Below are positions 37,135 to 50,882 of a stretch of DNA of 64,000 nt, piece after piece. A model generated the notes under the pieces. The model worked only from the letters and a program-made list of their open reading frames with translations, was not told where the DNA came from and made no database searches. The stretch comes from Octopus sinensis. Taxonomy: Eukaryota. The DNA lies in NCBI RefSeq assembly GCF_006345805.1, contig NC_042998.1, forward strand, positions 95,666,001 to 95,730,000, given 5' to 3'. Position numbers and translations under genes: made by a program. Position 1 is the first letter of the stretch; each line of letters opens with the position of its first letter.

Positions 37135-37505
37135 CTTATCTTGTTTCAGTCATTGGACAGCGGCCACGCTGGGGCAGCCACTTGAAGGATTTAGATGAAC
37201 AAATCGACTCCAATGCTTTTTATTTTTTTTTAACAAACAGTCTGGGTCTTATTCCATCGGCCGCTTTTGCTGAATTGCTAAGCGATGGGGACATAAACAA
37301 ACCAACACCGGTTGTCAAGCAATAGTATGGGATAAACACAAACACACACACATATGCAACTGGCTTCTAAACAGTTGCTATCTACGAAATTTACTCACAA
37401 GCCAACCCGGGGCTATAGTAGAAGGCACTTACCCAAGGTGTTGCACAGTGAGACTGAAGCCGAAGCCACGTGGTTGCGAAGCAAAGATCATAACTACACA
37501 ACCAT
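37135..37505 (-). mobile_element. Family B CORE-type SINE, near full length and diverged
   Basis: TTGTTTCAGTCATT...GGGGACATAAACAAACCAACACCGGTTGTCAAGC...GCTATAGTAGAAGGCACTTACCCAAGG. Confidence 0.8.
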
Positions 37506-37789
37506 GCTAAGCATTTCGGATTAGATTTTTGATCTGAGAATAATTAATTATCCTGATGCTATGCTTCGTATTATAACAATCTATATGTTGTAATTTTCCC
37601 CTTTCGTTCCTCTCACCAGCTTTAGAGGCCCCGCAAAAAGTCATACAAGGTCCCATTAGGAGAGAACGATAAAATAAAATAAAATAAAATAAAATAAAGG
37701 CCGTTTTGCTGTAAAAAGCCGCTGGGTTTGCCAACTGTAGCAAGTTTACAAAAAAAAATATAGAAAAGATAAAATAAATTATGCTTAAT

Positions 37790-38140
37790 AAATATATAAT
37801 TTCATGGCCAAGAAGACTCCTAGAGAGAGATGGAACGGGTGGACCAGAGCTATAAAGGTCCCTGATAACGATGATCGGGTTAAAAAGAAGATCGTACATG
37901 CGGTGGGTGCGAACACCAAAATTACACTCAAGGGCCACATAAGTTTAATAACAAGATATACGCCCAAGAGCAAAGTACAGCCATCGGTGTCAGTATCGCT
38001 GGCGATGTGGCTAATCTATTTATGGTGGGATAGGAGATTCAAACAGAAATTAACAGAGAGATCCATAACCCTTACCATGTACTTCCGCAATGTGGATGAT
38101 ATCAACATAGTAGCCAAAGCTACCCGCCCCCCAAACAATG
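37790..38140 (+). pseudogene. Penelope-like RT fragment (second family, YVDD type)
   Basis: TAIGVSIAGDVANLFM, then after a frameshift WWDRRFKQKL..LTMYFRNVDDINIV (YVDD decayed to NVDD). Confidence 0.7.
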
Positions 38141-38280
38141 TAAATGATTAGTGTTTCTCAACCTTTTTACCTTTGCGTGGCCCTTAGAATAAATTGCATG
38201 TCCCCAGGAACCACTGCATTCAGCAAATAGCTAACTCCAACCACCAGAGTATTAAAGTAATAGTTGTATTAGTCTGCTGC

Positions 38281-40741
38281 TTAACCCTTGGTCTACCAGA
38301 GAAAGTGCATGTCACTAATTACCAACTGGGTCCTATGGACCCAATATTTTTCTTTTAAGTAAATTTTATTCAAACTACCACTATTTCTTAGCTACATTAT
38401 ATGTGCTATCAGGTGAATAAAGAATTGCTGTCTCTCACAAATTTTAATTTAAAAAATACAGCTTATAGAATGTGTTTTAAATTAAAGGAATTACAAAAAT
38501 ACAGAATTACAGCTTTTTATGGTATTGAATGCAATCAACATTGGTATGTTCTTGGCAAACATGGATATTATAATTCTTACATGTAGTACAAGTATTTCTG
38601 TCTTTTTAGGGGGCTACACAAAGAACATCTTCCTTTTTTCTTTGACTGAGGAATCTCAAATGAGGTTGAAGGTCGTCTTTTTTTCTAGTTTGGTTGAGAA
38701 ATGTTAGTGGTAGTAGAAGATTGTTTGTCATGTTCTTGTTTAGCATTAACTCTAATAAGTTCCTTTCGTAAATGTATTAGGCACTGTCTTTTATCCTTGA
38801 CACTTTGCAATGAAGCTGTTTAGCAACAATTAAAGTATCCACTGCACTTATGTCAATCATGTTGTAGAATATAACCATAGGCCATCTTCGAGTCATTCTT
38901 TTGCAAGTGTATGTCCTTACCAGGGTATCTAATCCTCCTTTTGTTATGTTGTAATATGTTATAACTTCAGGTTTCTTTTCAGCACTTTTTGAATCAATTG
39001 AAGGCTGAGAGAGCATTGTACTCATAAGTGTGACTACATAATTTTTCTTGGGACAATAAGATAGGGTCATAGAATCCTTTTGAAATCCAAATATTGTGCT
39101 GTTGATTTCTCTTTCTTTTCCATTTGTGAAAGCACTTGGAAGTTCAACTCTGTTCTTTCTAATTGTTCCAACCAAAGTAGCTTTCTTTCTAAGCAGCTTT
39201 CGAGCCAATCCTACACTTGTAAAAAAATTATCACAAGTTATATTGCAGCCAGTATTTCCCAAGTTCTTTTACTAGGTCTTCAACAACTCTTGAACCTTGA
39301 TTTGTCTCTCTCCCTTTTACTGGGTCTTTTCCAGTGTAGATTTGCATTTTCCAGGCATAAGATGTTTCACTGCCGCATATTGCCCACATTTTAATTCCAT
39401 ATTTCCCTGGTTTTGAAGGAATACATACCCGGAATGGGCAGCACCCTCTGAATGAAACTAATTGTTCATCAACTGTCATGCATGAACTTGGAACATATTT
39501 ATCTTGCAAATTCTAATTCCACATTTCAAATACTTCTCTTATGGGCTCCAATTTATCATCACTTCTCTTTTTCCTTCTTGCACTAACATCATCAAAACGC
39601 AATATTTGTAAAATCTGTTGAAATCTTCCCCGGGTCATAATTTTGTTGAATATTGGACGGTCATCTTCTTGACTCCATAACTGTGTGACGTTTTCATGTT
39701 TAGATTTATAAACACCTACAAGAATAATCAGTCCAATAAATTTCTTTAGTTCAGAGTGATGAATTTACTTCCATTTATCTTTGTAAACAATCTGACCTTG
39801 AAGAATTACTTCAAGAAGATTCTGTCACATAAAGATTGTAAAACATGTTTCAATGCCATCGCAAGACCTTTTAATAAAACGAGATGGTCCACATTCTTGG
39901 CGCACAATATTGCAAGATGAAGTTCTTACTGCTGCTCGAGTAAGAGGATTAGAAGGCCAAACTTCTTGTCTGTCTCTAGAAACATATTACTTATTCATAA
40001 TTGGGTGGCTTGCAGTTAACTGTTTTAGAGTATCTTCATCACCTGATGACACAGAACCTAAACTGTCCAGCACGCAATCACTTCAGAGCAACAGAAGGAA
40101 TCACTACGATCTTCTTCCCATTCTTCATCTAATTCCAATAACCTTTTCGATATTTGGTCTTCACTCAAGTTTTCACGTCTAGGCATACTAGAAAGCACAA
40201 CTGAACTATATAAAACTTGACAGCAGACTAAAGGCAGATATTGCTCTCACATATTTATACTCTCCTAAAAGATGATGCGATATGTTGTAATAATTGTGTC
40301 ATCACATAGAAATATTACACCACCCTATAACCGAGCAGTCTGAAGGTGATGCAATACCACACAAATCTGCAGGAATATTTTCATAATTTTTTCTATTTTA
40401 TCTAAAATTCAGCAAATAAATCGAATAGAATTTTATCTGTTTTATATCTGATAAATATCTAAGAAAATAATATTTGATACCGATTTTATTCTGTTTAGAA
40501 GGACAAGAGTATTGTCTGAATTTAATTCGAAGGTCCAATGGACCCAAACGATAATAAATGTATAAAGGGAAATTTTATAGTTTTTATAAAGATACGGAGA
40601 ATTTCCCATTTGACAAATAGAAGAGAGTCAAGAAGAAATAGTCACGAGAAACCAGCAGAATCAAATAATATGAATAGTAGGAAAAAGCAACTGAAAAAAC
40701 TGAAATAGGTTCATTGGACCCATTAATAGACAGAAGGTTAA
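38281..40741 (-). mobile_element. Full-length inactivated piggyBac transposon
   Basis: TTAA at 38281-38284 and 38738-equivalent right end 40738-40741. Degenerate TIRs CCCTTGGTCTA / CCTTCTGTCTA. Subterminal GGTCC(A/T)ATGGACCC-type repeats at about 38328, 40532 and 40708. Confidence 0.88.
38510..40186 (-). pseudogene. piggyBac (PGBD4-like) transposase pseudogene
   Basis: Putative start MPRRENLSEDQI at 40186. DDD motifs TVDEQL, CDNFFT and KGGLDTL; PSKPGKYGIK; TRRWPMVIFYNMID; C-terminal Cys-rich GRCSLC..TCTTCK..VCQEH..DC. Multiple frameshifts and stops. Confidence 0.93.
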
Positions 40742-41105
40742 TATAATGGTTTACATTCTATGTGTTATTTCAATGGGTTCTTGTAGTGGTTGACATTAGT
40801 TTTATGTAGGAAGATTTTAGAAACTTACATTTGTATACATTTACTGTTTAAAACAATATGTGTGCGCGCGTGCATGTGTGTGTATGTGTGTGTGTGTACG
40901 CGCATGTGTGTGTATGTGCGTATGTGTGTGTATTCGTGTGCACATGTGTGTATGTGTGTGTGTGCGTGCGCGAATGTGTGCGTGTGCGTGCGCGTGCGCA
41001 TGTGTGTGTGTGTAAAGCTTACTATGAAGTGCTGGAACCAGTACAGTAATTCGTCGAGCACCTAGTGCATCCGTTTCCACAATATGTGGAATACACACAC
41101 ACACG

Positions 41106-41140
<35 letters not shown>

Positions 41141-42118
41141 TATGTACATATACGTACTTCAGCAAAAAAATATCATTTTAAATTTCTCTGAAAAAATAAT
41201 TAAAAGTATATATAAAAAAACTCACTCGTTATTTGTTTAACCTAACATCTGTTTCTTAGTCTATTAAAGCACTCACACACACACAAACACATATAACTTA
41301 TGCTGTACAGCTCTAGTAGACCTTACATTTAACTCAACATAAGGGAATATTAAAAGAGTTTCTAGTGCAGCAGATTTCTCGAACAATTTAGTTATTTTTA
41401 TTAAAAAAAAAAAAGTTTTATTTATAATTTAATCATTTAAGTTTGTAATAAAATTTTACGAAGAAAAGATATATAGTGTTATTTCCAAATAATGATAGAC
41501 GAAGTCCAAAAAGGAGTGTTCTCATTTTTAAAGAAAGAAATATGGTTGGCTTCCCTCATTCGTATCTTGGTATATGCGAACATGCAAGCACATCTAAATT
41601 AGTTACACGTATGAAGATTTACATTGGGTGTAAATGTGGAAGTTGGAAAATATAACGAGAAAAACTGGAGGGCAGAATAAAAAGTACATAAAGTTTTAAA
41701 AAATGAAAAAAGAATATGAGCATATTAAATTTGATAAAATCATAATTAAATTTGAGACAAAAATATGCAAACAAACAATTATATAAAGTAGAAAATATGT
41801 CTGGAGTAGTGGAGAAAGAGATGTATGAAGACGGGGGAGGGCTAAATAAGAGTCAGTATTTCATTCCAAAATAGAAATGACGACGCTAAGCGGTAAAAAA
41901 CACAAATGTTACATATTTTACCATTGAGCAACAAGTGTTTTAGTTTAACAACCTTGATCTAATTTCAGTCTTCTTTAATTTCAACATATTTCACATGAGT
42001 TTTTTTTTAAAAAAAAAAGCTACATATTCCTAGTATTAAATAACATCAGATACAATCTCCGTTAGTTCCTGCTTTCGTTCTTGTTTCGTATGGACTAGAG
42101 TAAAAAACAAAATTTATT

Positions 42119-42153
<35 letters not shown>

Positions 42154-42155
42154 TA

Positions 42156-42191
<36 letters not shown>

Positions 42192-42283
42192 AATGCGTTA
42201 GATATGATACAGAAAACAAATATCCCGGGTCTCTTGTATGCTCTCAGTCATTAGAATAACGTCCTTTATATGTAACCATTTTG

Positions 42284-43027
42284 AAGGCTGCGAACTGTCA
42301 GAACCGTTAGCGCACTGGACAAACTCCTTAGCCACATTTCTTCTGGTTTTACGTTCTGAGTTTAAATGATGCCGAGGTCGTCTTTGCCTATCACACTTTC
42401 GAGGTCGATAGAATGAGTAACAGCTGGACTCTGGGGTACATGCAAACAACCAGTGCTCTCCACCCAAAAACATTTCTGGCCTTGTGCCTATAATAAGAAA
42501 GATTACATGCATACTTTTTTTTAAGGCGTTAAGTTGGCAGAATAGTTAGCGTGTCGGGGAAAATGCTTAGCAGCATTTCTTTCAGCTCCTTACGTGTTAA
42601 GCTCAAATTCTGCTGAGGATGACTTTGCTTTTCATGCTTTCGCCGTTGATAAAATCAGTATCGATACCACTAGTGTCGATGTAATGGACTTACCCCTTCC
42701 CCTAAAATTGCTGGCCTAGAGTCAAAATCAGAAAGAATTATAAATGCCAATTTTAAAACGACATTGGACTTTTTAATTGGACTGATAATTTTTCAATGAA
42801 CATTTTATATCCCACCATGATTAACATCTTTCATTATATCTTATTGTATTTTAGAAAAAGCAATGCATTGGCAGAACAGTTGAAGCATCGGGAAAATGTC
42901 TTGCCGAATTTAATTACGGCTTTTACGTACTGAATTCAAATCCCATCGACATCAGCTATGCCTTCCATCTCTCCTGACGTGATAAAATAAAGTACTAATC
43001 AAACACTGGGGTCGATTTAATCGACTA
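42284..43027 (+). mobile_element. Three old family A SINEs (about 42284-42500, 42523-42740, 42868-43027)
   Basis: Degenerate head, B-box and GCCTTTCATCC core motifs. Confidence 0.7.
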
Positions 43028-43556
43028 TTGTACTGAATTTCTTTGAAATTCAAAGAGCTGAAGAAAAGCCACTAAGGAGCACAACAGCTGAAACCAGCTC
43101 GAGGTGGTTACGATTGATACGAGAACGGAAAGTGGAACCCTTCTGCAAGCAAAGACTAATTTATTCCTCACTGCTCCTCTCAGGCGAAGTATAGAGGCCA
43201 TGGAACAAAATGCTTGTGATCCTGAGATACCTGCTGATGATATGGGAAGGTATCCAATATTGCGATGAATGCAGAAGAACTAGTAAAACCTCTGTGTAGT
43301 TCTTGAAGTTTCTACGAGGGTCAAAACATCGCTGTTGTTTATTTCACTTGATAATGAAGTCAGTATAGTTAGCTGATAGTCAGACTAGAAGTTTTCTTGT
43401 AGCTGGTCCAGTGTTTTAAAGTTTTTATCCCCCTAGAAGCAACTTAAGTAATGGATAAAATACATAGCTATAATGGAGTATTATAGTTAACTACGAGTAA
43501 CTCTTCCTACTAGATAATTTCAGAATAAGAAATTATTATTCCTTTTATTATCTTAA

Positions 43557-44010
43557 AGGCGGTGAGCTATCAGAACCTTAAGCACTCAGCATTTCTTTCA
43601 GCTCTGTAGTTCTGAATTAAGGCGGCGAGCTGGCAGAAACGTTAGCACGCCGGGCGAAATGCGTAGCCGTATTTCGTCTGCCGTTACGTTCTGAGTTCAA
43701 ATTCCGCCGAGGTCGACTTTGCCTTTCATCCTTTCGGGGTCGATAAATTAAGTACTAGTTACGGACTGGGGTCGATATAATCGACTTAATCCGTTTGTCT
43801 GTCCATGTTTGTCCCCTCTGTATTTAGCCCCTTGTGGGTGATAAAGAAATATGTATGTTCTGAATTCAAATACCACCCAGGTCAACCTTGTGTTTCATGT
43901 TTTCGAGGTCGATAAAATAAGTGCCAGTTGTGCGTTTGTAGCGATGTGACCGACTAGCTCATCTGTCCCATATTCAAGCCTTGCGCATATAATAGAAAGA
44001 AAGAATTATC
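43557..44010 (+). mobile_element. Young family A SINE (43619-43856) nested in an old family A SINE
   Basis: TSD GTTCTGAATT at 43609-43618 and 43857-43866; the old copy resumes with CAAATACCACCCAGGTCAACC. Confidence 0.85.
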
Positions 44011-44588
44011 TAATAAACGGTGATATTTGATACAAAGTAAGATAAATCGAGTTAGTTGCTTTGTAGCATTTGGTACAGTTCTCTGTCATGTGTTTTGTTA
44101 TCTTGGGATCATTCTGGGTGTGTTTCTGTACTAACACATATGACTCTTCCACTGATTGACTGTTTAGATAAAACTATTAACGCCTCCGCATCTACAATTA
44201 CATTTTCTAATCTCTTTACTGAACCAATTCCAAGATGTTACTATTTTGCAAGTTATTTCATGCTTCTTTTTCTGACTACTTCTAGAATTTGAATGATGAA
44301 ATACCATTTTTTTTTAACAAACTATTCTAATAATTTTTTGTTATTTTAACCAAACAGCAGTGTTTGATAACAAATAAATTCCATCGATAATAATACAGAC
44401 AAGAAAGGAGTCGATATTATCATATGAAGTCCTGGAATCTTATCAACCTCTAACAATGCATCAAGTTTTAGGTCCTAGCCCTGCAAGGATTGCCGTGTGG
44501 TTAAGAAACTCGCTTTGCAACCATCTGGTTTCGGGTTCAGTCCCACTGCGTTACATTTAGGCAAGTGTCTCCTGCTATAATTTCGGGC

Positions 44589-44659
<71 letters not shown>

Positions 44660-45415
44660 TATTGTTTACTTGTTTCAGACATTGAACTGCTTGAAGTGTT
44701 CATTCGGACAAATCAACTCCAATACTTATTTTTTAAAAGACTATGTTACTTTGCGGAAACGCTTTATATGGAGAAATAAACAAACCAGCTCCGATTGTCA
44801 AGCGGTGATGGGTGACAAACACAAAAACACACACACATAAACGACTGGTTTCCTAACTGTTTCGCCGGTGCTGACACTTGCTCAAAGTACTGCACTGTGG
44901 GACTCAACTTTTTCCTCATGTCTTCTGATAGTGTTGAAGCCAGTGAGTGTTAAAAAGTATTTTCCAACACTCAGTCCAGATTAGAAACACTTTCTGCTTT
45001 AAGGGATGAATATGTGGGGAGAAATTCTTTTACACTTAGGAACATCTTTCCAATATACCTGAAACATGTATAACGAGAAAAAACATGTTCCTTTATTTAT
45101 TTGAAAGCCCTTGAAAGTGGAAATTACAGGCGATATGAAAACATCCAAATATTGTCTTTAGTAAAATAAAATATAACTGGAAATTTACTCAGAGATCCGG
45201 TCCAGAAATAATTGTTACCTCATTAGAGAGGATGTGCCCTTTATTCTTTAGCTATATAGAAAACTACTAATTTTAATTGCGATATATATCATTCAATCAA
45301 TACTTATTATTCGAAATTCAACAAATGAATAACAGGAAAAAAACGGGTATAGTCAGTCATTGGCAGACATAGTTTATAAGGCTTTCCACTCATTTCCATC
45401 TTCAGCTGCTAGACG

Positions 45416-45652
45416 TATTTCTATTTCTTTACTACCCACAAGGGGATAAACACAGAGGGGACAAACAAGGACAGACAAACGGATTAAGTCGATTACATCG
45501 ACCCCAGTGTGTAACTGGTACTTAATTTATCGACCTCGAAAGGATGAAAGGCAAAGTCGACCTCGGCGGAATTTGAACTCAGAACGTAGCGGCAGATGAA
45601 ATACAGCTACGCATTTCGCCCGGCGTGCTAACGTTTCTGCCAGCTCCCCGCA
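45416..45652 (-). mobile_element. Young family A SINE monomer (long tail)
   Basis: Near-consensus match to 43619-43856 in reverse. Confidence 0.9.
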
Positions 45653-45699
45653 TTGAGCGACAACATACTGCAGTCTGCACAAATCATACGGTGGCAAGT

Positions 45700-46830
45700 C
45701 GTTCTTGGTTGTTTCCTCTCGCTCTTTCCACTTTGTAGGGTGTTAAGCAGCAGACACTGTTGATAGCATTCATTGGATGGGTGTTGCAGTTGGTGACCAA
45801 CCTATTTCAGCCGGCGTTCCTTTATTCCTGTACTCATTTGATTCTCGTCAGCCATTTGGTACAATGCATCATTGGAAACGTGGCCGCTATAAGATATCTG
45901 ATATATTTTCCTTAGGTTTCTTTGCCGGTTTTTTGCCTGCTACCCATGTTTCTCATCCATATGTAAAAGTCGGAAGTTTTGTCCATCTTTATCTTCATTG
46001 TTGTGTTGATGTCAGACGAGCAGAGGTGTTGAAGCTGTTACATTGTTTCACTTGCCGCTCACCCACTGTCTATGGTGTCACAGTTTGAGTTGTGAGAGAG
46101 ATCAGTTACAGTCGATCCTAGGTAAGTGAATTTATTAACCCTGGATAGCTGTTTTCCATTTGCCAGGACGCCTGTTGTTTTGTCGCTGTTTATATTAATG
46201 GTGATGTATTCTGTCCTCGATTCGTTTATTTCTAGCCCCACAGTCTTAGCTTCTTGCATGACACTATCAAGGTAGTCATGTGCTTCTATGGGGTAAGGAG
46301 CAAAGAGAACAATATCATCTGCAAATGTAAGATAGACCAACTTATGTGATTCTGGTATTATCTTCCGTATGGGTTGCAACTTTCATCACATGATCCATAA
46401 CCACCAAAGATAGATAAGGTGTTAAAATATCATCTTGCGGAATTCCGCTCTGAAGTGCGAAGCCAGAAGAATGTTTTCCATTAACAAGAACATATGCTGT
46501 TTGGTATTCATAAAGATATCTAACTACCAATGTTATCTTCGATGGTATCCCTATCCTTTCAAGAATCGCAAACATAGCGGTTCTATCGATGCTGTCGAAT
46601 AGTTTTCGAAAGTCTATAAACAGCGCAGCTCTTGGGAGACACTACTCAACGCAGGTCTCCAAAATACTTTTCGGCGTGTGAATGTGTTCAATGCAACTAC
46701 AGTTCTTTCTGAAGCCACTCTTTATCTTTGCACGTACACCATTTAAGAGAAGTATATAAAAGAAGTTTTGCGATAGTTGAAAGGTGATTGTCACAGATCA
46801 CCTTTCATATGACTGATGACCTCCATTCCC
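45700..46830 (-). mobile_element. Decayed RTE-group LINE RT fragment
   Basis: GFRKNCSCIEHI, FIDFRKLFDSIDRTAMFAILERIGIP, GIPQDDILTPYL, LTFADDIVL, GLEINESRTE, VNKFTYLGS. Confidence 0.85.
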
Positions 46831-47127
46831 TAGGCAGCACACTTGTTAAGAGAACCTTGTTGTATATGTCAACGAATGCTGCTTGAGGTGCTTCTTCTCC
46901 ATATTTGGGCGATTTGTTTACTAGAAAATGTGTGTGTGTGAGAAAGAGAGAGAAAGAGAGTTATCTGTTAGACAAAGAAAGAGCACATCTCTGATGAGGT
47001 GACAAGTATGTCTGGACCGGTCCTCTAAGAAGATTTTCAAATTCTAATTTATTTTACTAAAGATAATATTTGGATCGTCTGTAATTCCCAATTTTAAAGG
47101 CTTTCATGTGTATATGTGTGTGTGTGT

Positions 47128-47210
<83 letters not shown>

Positions 47211-48093
47211 TGCGTGTGTGTGCGTACATGCATTATAACATCAGCCTCACAGGATATAGTATATTATTATCAAAATTTTTAATAAAGCATCGCTTCGAAT
47301 TATTTGACAGAAACACAGAAAAGAGAGATTATAATTTGAAAGAGTACCACCATCATAATCCCCGTCATCACCACCCCTAATGTCGCCCGAAACAAGAATA
47401 ACAACGAGAATGAAAATGAAAACAATAACAACCAGGAAAGTAAAAAGCAAGAAGACTAGAAATTAAATTGCCACTTCAACACAGCTGCAAATTCCAACAT
47501 CACAATTATTACCGTCTCCGACATCACAACCACCATTAACACCAACACAACAAAAATTGAAAATACTACTATTAACAAATCGATCGATGGCAGTTTCACT
47601 CATGTCGTATGGTATTATACACCCGGGATTTAAAAAGAGCTGAAAACCTCCTCGGACTTCGAGCTAAAGAATCCATCCAAACAATAAGAAAACGATCGTT
47701 TACGAAAAGTATAAGACTGGAAAGTCAGAAAATATAGCATGCAAATAGAAAAGTACCTCAGATCAATCTGGAGTATCAAAATGTTGGTTACTAAGGGGTA
47801 AACATTGGTACCATAAAGCTGAGAATGAGGCCAGGAAGTATTCCACAAAACTCTAAAGAGGGACGAACTTGACCTCCATGCTAATCTACTTTGGTTGGAG
47901 AGCAGTAAGAATGAAGATGGTCGATATGTCCTCAAAAGTAAACATTGCAAATGGCAAAAAGTATCATGCGTATTAGCTAGGATGCAGAAGAGCCGCGTCA
48001 ATATACGTAGAGGGTATCCCTATCATACTGTCGGATATACAACGCATCTAGGTGACTGGCACTGCACTGAGAATTTAAATAAAGAAATTATAA

Positions 48094-48342
48094 ATGCGCC
48101 CTTTTAAAGCCTAGCCAGGCTCATGGGCCTGGTTTCCCGGTTTCAATGGCGTATGTGTTCCCCAGCTGGACGGGACGCCGGTCCATCGCAGTGTTACTCA
48201 TTTTTGCCGGCTGGGTGGACTGGAGCAACGTGAAATGAAGTGTTTTGCTCAAGAACACAACGCGTCGCCCGGTTCAGGAATCGAAACCACAATCTTACGA
48301 TCATGATGCTGACACCTTAACCATTAAGCCACGCGCCTCCAC
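48094..48342 (-). mobile_element. Family D SINE (young)
   Basis: Nearly identical to 10660-10892. Confidence 0.85.
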
Positions 48343-48469
48343 CAGCGGATTTAAACGATGCAAAAACCATATTAAAAAAAAATGGAATATGAGTAACTTT
48401 CAACATCCCCGAAGCCACTGTACAAGGCACACTGAGAAAAACAATAACATATAAAACAATAGGAGTTAA

Positions 48470-50870
48470 AAGTCGTAGATTGAAACGACCGACAAAATAA
48501 CAAATTGAAAAGTGTCTATGTCCAGTGTAGGAGAAAAAAAACCTACGTTGCAAGAGAAAGCGATATGGCACTGTGGAGGTGAGATTTACCACGGAGGAGT
48601 AGGGGCAAGGAAGTACTTTGATTCTAAAAAATGAAGATCTGCTTCTTGTACCCATATAACCGGGTCGTTGGGTAGCGAAAATATAAATCCTAATATACCA
48701 TCAGAAATAAACATCTGCTGGTTGGTTGAAACTGTTCTGGATATAGAGGACAAAACAAACAACCTACAGGTGTGGAAACTACCAAAACAAAACTGGTTGG
48801 GATAAGGTTTGGAGTCGTGGCTGTAAATGGATTACGAAAGTTTAGAGGCAATCCCAGACGTCATTAATCGATCAGAAAACACCAACCTCCACGTGACCAT
48901 TGAGAGTAAAAGGCGGAGGTGTTATCTGTGTGGGGACACGAACTATCGGAAGGCCTTTTGCCCACAACAAAAGAGAGAAGGGAGACTACCGGTTTTGCCG
49001 ACACTATCGTCACCACAGCAACGGCAACAGCACCAAAAATAACAGTATCAGTAACAGCAATTACAGCAGCACTGACAGCAGTAGCATCAGCAACAACAAG
49101 AACAACAATAGTGGAAGCACCAGCAACATACAGAACAAAGAACTTAAGAGCATATATGGTTTCCATATCATTAACTACACAGTAATACATACCATGTCAA
49201 CCGGGAAGGGGTGTGGGGCGTGTTTGGAACTGCGGTGTTGTTCCGGAAATGTCTGGATCTCAAGATAAGGACTACCTTCCTGGACTCAGAAGGTAAGTTG
49301 GAGATCCTGGATGTGAACAGCAGTGACGGGGATGCCCTCAAACTGGTGATTGTTTATGTTCCGACAAGAACAGGACATCTGGATTTCTTCAGACGTCAGG
49401 AGATTTTCCTAGAGTCGTCTCGACCTTTAGTGTTAGTGGGCGATCGGAACGCCGTCTTAAAGCCACGTTTGGACTGTGTGAAGCAAGGAGATAGAAGAGG
49501 GGTGGTGAGAGCCTCATAAACCTGCTCAGATTCTTCTAAGTGTCTAAAAGGTACGAACTGAATGTGCCAATGTGGATATGCACGAACTTCATCGGGTCAT
49601 CCAGGTAATTTCTAGATAGGGTATTGTGTAGGCCAGTAGATAAGGATAGTATAAGTTGCCCTCTATTCAAACTCATCGGCTACACAGACCAGAAATTTAT
49701 GATCTGTATGGTCGATCCAGGTAGGCTTAGAAGGCAGGGACACAGTTACTGGAAACTGAACGCGCCAAGCCCAATGCCAAACCCAACGTGCCAAGCTTAC
49801 AGAGACCGGATTAGAGAATTAGTTAAGCGGGCGTTGAAGAGGCAATCGTCAACAACAAATGGTGGTTTTCTCTGAAAAAGGTAATTAGAGTAGAATCAGT
49901 CAGGTTTAGTAAGGCATTAGTGATAGAAATAAATAAAATAGAAGGTCACTTAGAACCTTTGAAAAGGCATTTAAGAAAGGCATTGCAACCGATGTGCAGG
50001 CCATGAGATTGGCCGTGAACCAATTCTTGAACGCTAAACACGAAGGTTGCGTTGTTAGAGCTAAGATGCATGCTCTAAGACAAGAAGAAACGAAAGCCGG
50101 TCGATGGATCCGAGTGGCAGAGCGCAACGTGGCAACAAAGTCACAATTCGGTCTTTGGTGAAACAAAATGGGCGCATCGGACTCGAGCCCGAGCGGCATA
50201 TCAGTGGCACTTCCCCTGACTGTTTGGTACGAATGGCGGTCCGGAACGCAGGATAGACTTCAATACCTACCTCGACTGCATGTCACGACTCTCAGCAAGG
50301 TGGGTAGAGCGTTGTAAAATGATGATAACAGTCGTGGAAAAACAGGATGCGATGATAGGCCGCACGGGGAGTAAATCACCTGGTCTGGATGGTCTGACTT
50401 ATGAGCTTTACTTTTACATGCCAGACTTACTTGGCGGTCTCTTAGCAGATATCTACTGCAACTGGCAACAGAACAGGAAAATTTCTAGTTCTGTAAGTCG
50501 AGGAGCGGTGCCACTGGAAAAAAAGGACCCAAACAAGCTGGAGAAGGATACCTCCCAGCAATCCTGTTAAAAGGTAGGTGAATGTAACGCGAATGGCTCG
50601 ATTGAATGGGCTTACTCTAAGCCCCTCTTGATCGAGGGTAGATGAAGTGGAGAGGGCACTTGCCCTAGAGGTTAGGGCGGTTGGAGTTTTTGTGAGTTTT
50701 TTCACGAGCAGCCTTTGGAAGTTTCCCCTCTTTTGTGGGGTCTTACTTGTTAGAAGTTTCTTTGTTATTCTTTATTTACAAGTTTCAGTCGCACTCTATT
50801 TGTATTGTACTGTCCTATACAGTTACCAGTCGTTTTACATGAAGCGTCAGTGGTTAATAAAGAAAAGATT
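48470..50870 (+). mobile_element. Decayed, internally deleted L1/Tx1-type LINE (ORF1 remnant, APE endonuclease, RT start, 3' end)
   Basis: ORF1: RYGTVEVRFTTEE and RRCYLCGDTNYRKAFCP (zinc knuckle). APE: LVIVYVP..LVLVGDRNAVL, GYTDQKF, YWKLN. RT: KSPGLDGLTYELY..KKDPNK, then a jump to the 3' end finishing AATAAAGAAA. Confidence 0.85.
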
Positions 50871-50882
50871 ATTATCATTATA

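Noticed and set aside
43184-43249. Apparent 66-nt exon with branch site and pyrimidine tract
   Set aside because: The donor is weak, and the acceptor resembles the reverse complement of an RTE-type tail like that at 57082-57118.
46992-47040. CTGATGAG core match (also at about 32978)
   Set aside because: No downstream GAAA with stems II and III.
47630-47900. Possible third Tx1 ORF1 remnant
   Set aside because: Similarity is faint and interrupted by stops; it cannot be supported without alignment.
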